Assembly (NCBI RefSeq): GCF_902459465.1
Contig: NC_047063.1
Location: forward strand, 1,798,001-1,862,000
Direction of reading: 5' to 3'
Source of the DNA: Asterias rubens
Taxonomy: Eukaryota
Length of the DNA: 64,000 nucleotides
In this document: positions 59,926 through 64,000 of the stretch, in pieces
Position numbering within the stretch: the first letter of the stretch is position 1
Layout: each line of letters starts with the position of its first letter
The notes under the pieces: model-generated
Seen by the model: only the letters and a program-made list of their open reading frames with translations
Told to the model about the DNA's origin: nothing
The model's database searches: none
Position numbers and translations under genes: made by a program

Positions 59926-60278
59926 TCCATTGTCCAGTCCATCCATGCTGTTGGTCAACTCTACATGGTCAACTGTTCAAAGTTTTGTCGGTCTCGAACT
60001 TGACTTGTCAAACTCAACTTCAAAAACGTCCGAACGGTCAAAACGTAATCACACATTCATTCAACACAAACACACACCGTCAATCCAAATCCAAAGTTAT
60101 TACGAAACGACAGCAATTAAGTAGAAATTATCAATAACAATAACATCAGTCATGCAGCCGTGCCCTTGCCCGTAACATCAACTCCAAAGTACACCTATTA
60201 TTATTAAATAAAACACCGTGGTATGGCGTAGTTGCGTGTGGCCGGCCCAAACGGTTAAAACCCCCATAAGTTACTCAC

Positions 60279-60720
60279 CTTACGTTGTGGAATGTCCCAA
60301 CTCTGAAAACTATGTCACGGCTATTTTCGAGTATTTCCGATTTCGTTTCACCATAATCACCCACAAACACTGGCCCGCTGTTTGTAGGTTTTCACTCTCA
60401 GAAGATTCTCGCCTTCAACTCCACACTAATACTCGTCAACTTTTATGAAAATTACGGAATTCAACAAGAAACTGTGTTTATGTTTTGAACACTGGCGACG
60501 AGTCCTTCAGGTTTGTGTGTGTGTCCCGTCCGGCCGTGTGTACTTTGTATGATTCATGCATGCATGCTGTGTGTGTGTGAGGAGCGCGGCTGGCCGGCCC
60601 TGCAAAAAAAAAGTGGTCAAAAGTGTGTGTTGCAAAATAACGTCTGCTAACTCGCTTCGTGGAAAAGTTTCAGTCGAAAAAATTAGTGGTGTCATAACAA
60701 GCGCCCTCTATGTCATAAGT
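60279..60720 (-). other. Candidate non-coding first exon / promoter region of the plexin gene
   Basis: CpG-rich island with a strong minus-strand donor (CGTAAG|GTGAGT at 60279). The ATG exon begins at an acceptor, so an upstream exon is required. The TSS is not determinable from sequence. Confidence 0.45.
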
Positions 60721-61391
60721 GCACCAGAACCACCTGTTGTGTTGTGGTGTGTACGGTGTTGTGATTAATTACTCAATGGGTGTGGCGATTATGCCAAATA
60801 ATTAATACAAACGATTTGACTGGTGACCAAAAGGCCACGGTATGTAAATAATCCATACATCAATAGGGGTTAATTTTAATGCAAGTTGAAGTGAAAACAT
60901 AAGTAAATAAGTGATGTGTGACATGTTTTTTTCTGTTGGTGCCGTGCATGAGTGGGCGTTTTTAAAGAACTTGTCCGAAGTTCTGTAATCTCCCAGGGAG
61001 ACTATCAAGTTTTGAATTTATTTTGCCTCCAAATTTTGTTCAAGAGAATAGTTTTCTGAAACTATCAAAAGTTTCTTTTGGTAATCACTCTAAATTATTT
61101 AAATAAAAACCTAACTGTTAGAAGCATTCAGCAGCTTCCAAAAGTATAAAACATTTTTCGAAGTAATGGGGTTATGGAAAAAATTAATTAGTTGTTATGC
61201 CCCTGAAATTTGACATTGATAACAATTTTTTTCTTCTTCAGATATTACAATTGTTCGGATTATTCTTCCTGCGTGGACATGACCGCACCGGAAATTTCGG
61301 CGATATCTCAAAAATTAGTTAATTTTATTGTATCCTATCATCTACATTCATAGGATTAAATCAAACGAACGGTTCACACTAACGCTAAAGT

Positions 61392-61989
61392 TTGTGCTTT
61401 GTCGGCCACTGGGGCTGGATGTATCTTCTTTAGTATTACTTTTGTTATAATATTTGACCCGTAAATAAATTTGGCAAGGAGGTATTATGGATATGATGGT
61501 TTGCAAGTAGGAAATCGGACGTGAAGCATACGTTGTAAAATAATTATTCACTTTATGCAGATCTTTGCTCCCAAATTTGTCGATTCTCGCGCCTAATGAT
61601 TTGCATAAAGCGGATAAAAATTATTCTATACAGTTTTACTTCACGCCCGATTTCGGCAAACTACTCTCTAAATGTAAAAGAGTGCAGAAGCATTCTTTGA
61701 AAAGCCATGTGAGGGACAATTCTTTTTCGAGTGGTCTTCCACTCCTTTAGATTGAAGTTTGTATCTTTTTGAGTGATTTTTCACTCTGTCCTGGAGAAAC
61801 CCGTCTTACAGAGCTTTTTTTTAGAGGGACAACTCGAAATGTAAAGAGTGGTGTATTCACCCTTTTACATTTAGAGAGTACTTGCACGTACCGAAAATAC
61901 ACCTTGCGCTAATGTCGGTACAAGTTAAATTACGTTCAAACAGTCATGTATGGAAACATATGCATCCAGCCCCGGCGGCACAAGTACAA
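61392..61989. mobile_element. ~600-bp foldback element
   Basis: Outer IR ggggctggatgtat / atgcatccagcccc; inner IR tactctctaaatgtaaaag / cttttacatttagagagta. Confidence 0.55.
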
Positions 61990-62641
61990 TTAGGCTTACT
62001 AAAGAAGCTATAAAGACAGGTGGACAAACTCTAATGACAATTGAGTAATGATAATAATAGGGAGGTTTAGCTGCACATTCCGTGAGAACGTGATCGTGAA
62101 CGTCATAATATTGTGTCGTTGAAACGTGATGTTACTATTTTCACGTCAGGAACGTACGTGCGAATGAAGCAATATTGTTTTTTTGTTAATAAGTCAGAGT
62201 TTATTGAGCGCATAACCCTCTTTAAAGTTGAGCTGTTTTCGAGTTTGCACCCAACAGAAATACTCAAAGGAATCCACGGCATCAACATTTGAAAAGTAAC
62301 ATGATTGTTTGTGTTACTGCAATAGACCATGAATAGACTAAGTGGTTGCACTCTACAAGTGCACTAAGATTGATTGATTGTTAGATTACCGTAAATGAAG
62401 GAATGGTTATGTTCATATTATTGTCTCAAATGACATAACAGTAATTCATTACTTGTTATTACTTTCTTGTTTCTACAATAAAACGTTCATACCTTGCCAA
62501 ATGCCAAGTGAATGTTTGTATAACCTCTAAAGGAATGTTTCATACACTTTAAAAAACAAATTACATTTTATTTCATGGGAAGGGTCTATTAACGGTGTCC
62601 TTAAACAGCGCCCGCTAGGGTCTAATTGTGGGTTAGTTTAC

Positions 62642-62865
62642 TTAACGGTGTGTTTAAATAGCGCCCTCTTACATTTGCTTAATGCCGCGTCAATTGACCT
62701 CCGACCCCCCCCCCCCCCCCCCCCCGCTATCAGGCTTCGGGTTGTCAATACAGCACACGAAAGTAACAGATTGACCTTTGACATGATCCATCATGTGTTG
62801 TTGGTCTAATGACGTCATATCTTTATGTCCACACGTAAGAGGGCGGTAGTTAACACCACCGTTAA
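62642..62865. mobile_element. TTAA-bounded MITE-like element
   Basis: TTAACGGTG..TAGCGCCCTCTTAC / GTAAGAGGGCGGTA..CACCGTTAA inverted ends. Confidence 0.6.
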
Positions 62866-63235
62866 ATTTTCACGAAAGTAGCAGATTAACCTTTGACATG
62901 GGGGGGGGGGGGGCAGGGTGTAATACGAGTTTACTAAAAACATCATCCACATGTCAACGGCGACTCAGGTTAACTTCAGTTCTGATTCTGGAACTTGGAA
63001 TTTGATCATTATTTTCTTCACTGTTTGCAGAACTTGTGCCATTTTTCAGTGGGTACAAACTATCATCTATCTAGGGAATCTCAAAAGAAAGTGGAATCAG
63101 AAAAAGGAAGGTAAAGCAAATGAAATAGCAAACACCATACAAATAGAAATAATTACAATACATCTCTGTCCTTACTCTATGAATGATTAATCATAGATCG
63201 AGTAAGGACACTTACTCTATGGCATTTATGCAGGA

Positions 63236-63362
63236 AAAGTTTCCGCATGGCGCCACCACTTTTTCATTCGATATGAAATAATATAGTATCTAATTTACCT
63301 CATTGATATATCCCTTTTTGTAAAAATGAGTGAAAAAGTGGTGGCGCCATACGTAAAGTTAC
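63236..63362. mobile_element. Single MITE copy, inverted relative to 59663-59925
   Basis: aagtttccgcatggcgccaccactttttca ... tgaaaaagtggtggcgccatacgtaaagtt. Confidence 0.82.
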
Positions 63363-64000
63363 CCTTTATGCATTAACATACATGTATATAGACTCTGCTG
63401 CACACCTTGTGACCTTCTCACTACCCGTAGCGTCATACGTTATCGACCCTCATAATGTTTTCGAACCCCAACTTTGATTCCCGTTTACCGCGAGATTGTG
63501 CAAGCTGCACCGGTGACAGAAGCTATGCAGTTTACTCACGGTCTGTATTTTCGTCAGGCTTAATCATGCTATTGCTGAGAATACAGTTTCCTGTCGTTGG
63601 TTATGTTCAAACATTTATAAAATGATTGATTTTTGTTACAAATCACTTGTGCATTATTATGCCAACATTCAAATGAGTCAAAGAAACATCATGATCATCC
63701 AACCTCAAAAGTTCAAAACAAAATTACTATCTGCTAGATTGAGTTTCATTCTGCTTTAAGTCACTAGATGGATCACGTGAGGTGGTTACTATTTGGGATT
63801 ATATGGTGTGCCAATATGGGGAAAAAATTAAAATATTTTAAGTGAAAATGACAACAACAAAAATTGTTGATTAACTGCATACTGTAATGCGCTTTCCAGG
63901 TAGATATTTCACGGGTAAGCAGGTTAATTTTGCCTGTGCGCTTGTCCGCCAGTTTACTAGGCATTCTTCAGTCACACAGCTAGTGAAGAAATTTTTCTTC

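Noticed and set aside
37000-60200. Nested protein-coding gene or autonomous transposase/RT in the large upstream interval
   Set aside because: ORFs are short (at most ~136 aa), compositionally random or repeat-derived; no DDE, RT or GIY-YIG motifs were recognised.

Overview
AT-rich, repeat-dense genomic DNA from an invertebrate animal. The repeat and gene style suggests a deuterostome such as an echinoderm, but that is inference. The window is dominated by one minus-strand plexin-A-like gene. I traced 20 coding exons by eye from 36865 (or 36919) down to 756. All have GT-AG boundaries and compatible phases, giving about 1347 aa: signal peptide, Sema, 3 PSI, 4 IPT, TM and the start of the cytoplasmic GAP region. 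The gene continues beyond the left edge. A candidate non-coding first exon lies near 60.3-60.7 kb. Introns are packed with non-autonomous elements: Kolobok/T2-type (TTAA), PIF/Harbinger-type (CAG/TWA), TA-flanked and 9-bp-TSD MITEs, a CAGGCC-ended family, tRNA-derived SINEs and L2/CR1 3' ends. No autonomous transposase, rRNA, genuine tRNA or CRISPR array was seen. Highlights: (1) a repeat family carrying a minimal type-I hammerhead-ribozyme motif with covarying stems, in host-sense orientation, with two copies bracketing a plexin exon (all copies here look decayed); (2) two decayed tandem copies of the 3' half of the PSI3 exon, one still framed by AG/GT like a poison exon; (3) about 60-bp foldback elements with 9-bp TSDs; (4) repeats with the tRNA module at the 3' end; (5) a perfect DR5 nuclear-receptor element in the putative first intron; (6) a uORF followed by two in-frame AUGs. 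Coordinates were counted manually; repeat ends may be off by a few bases.
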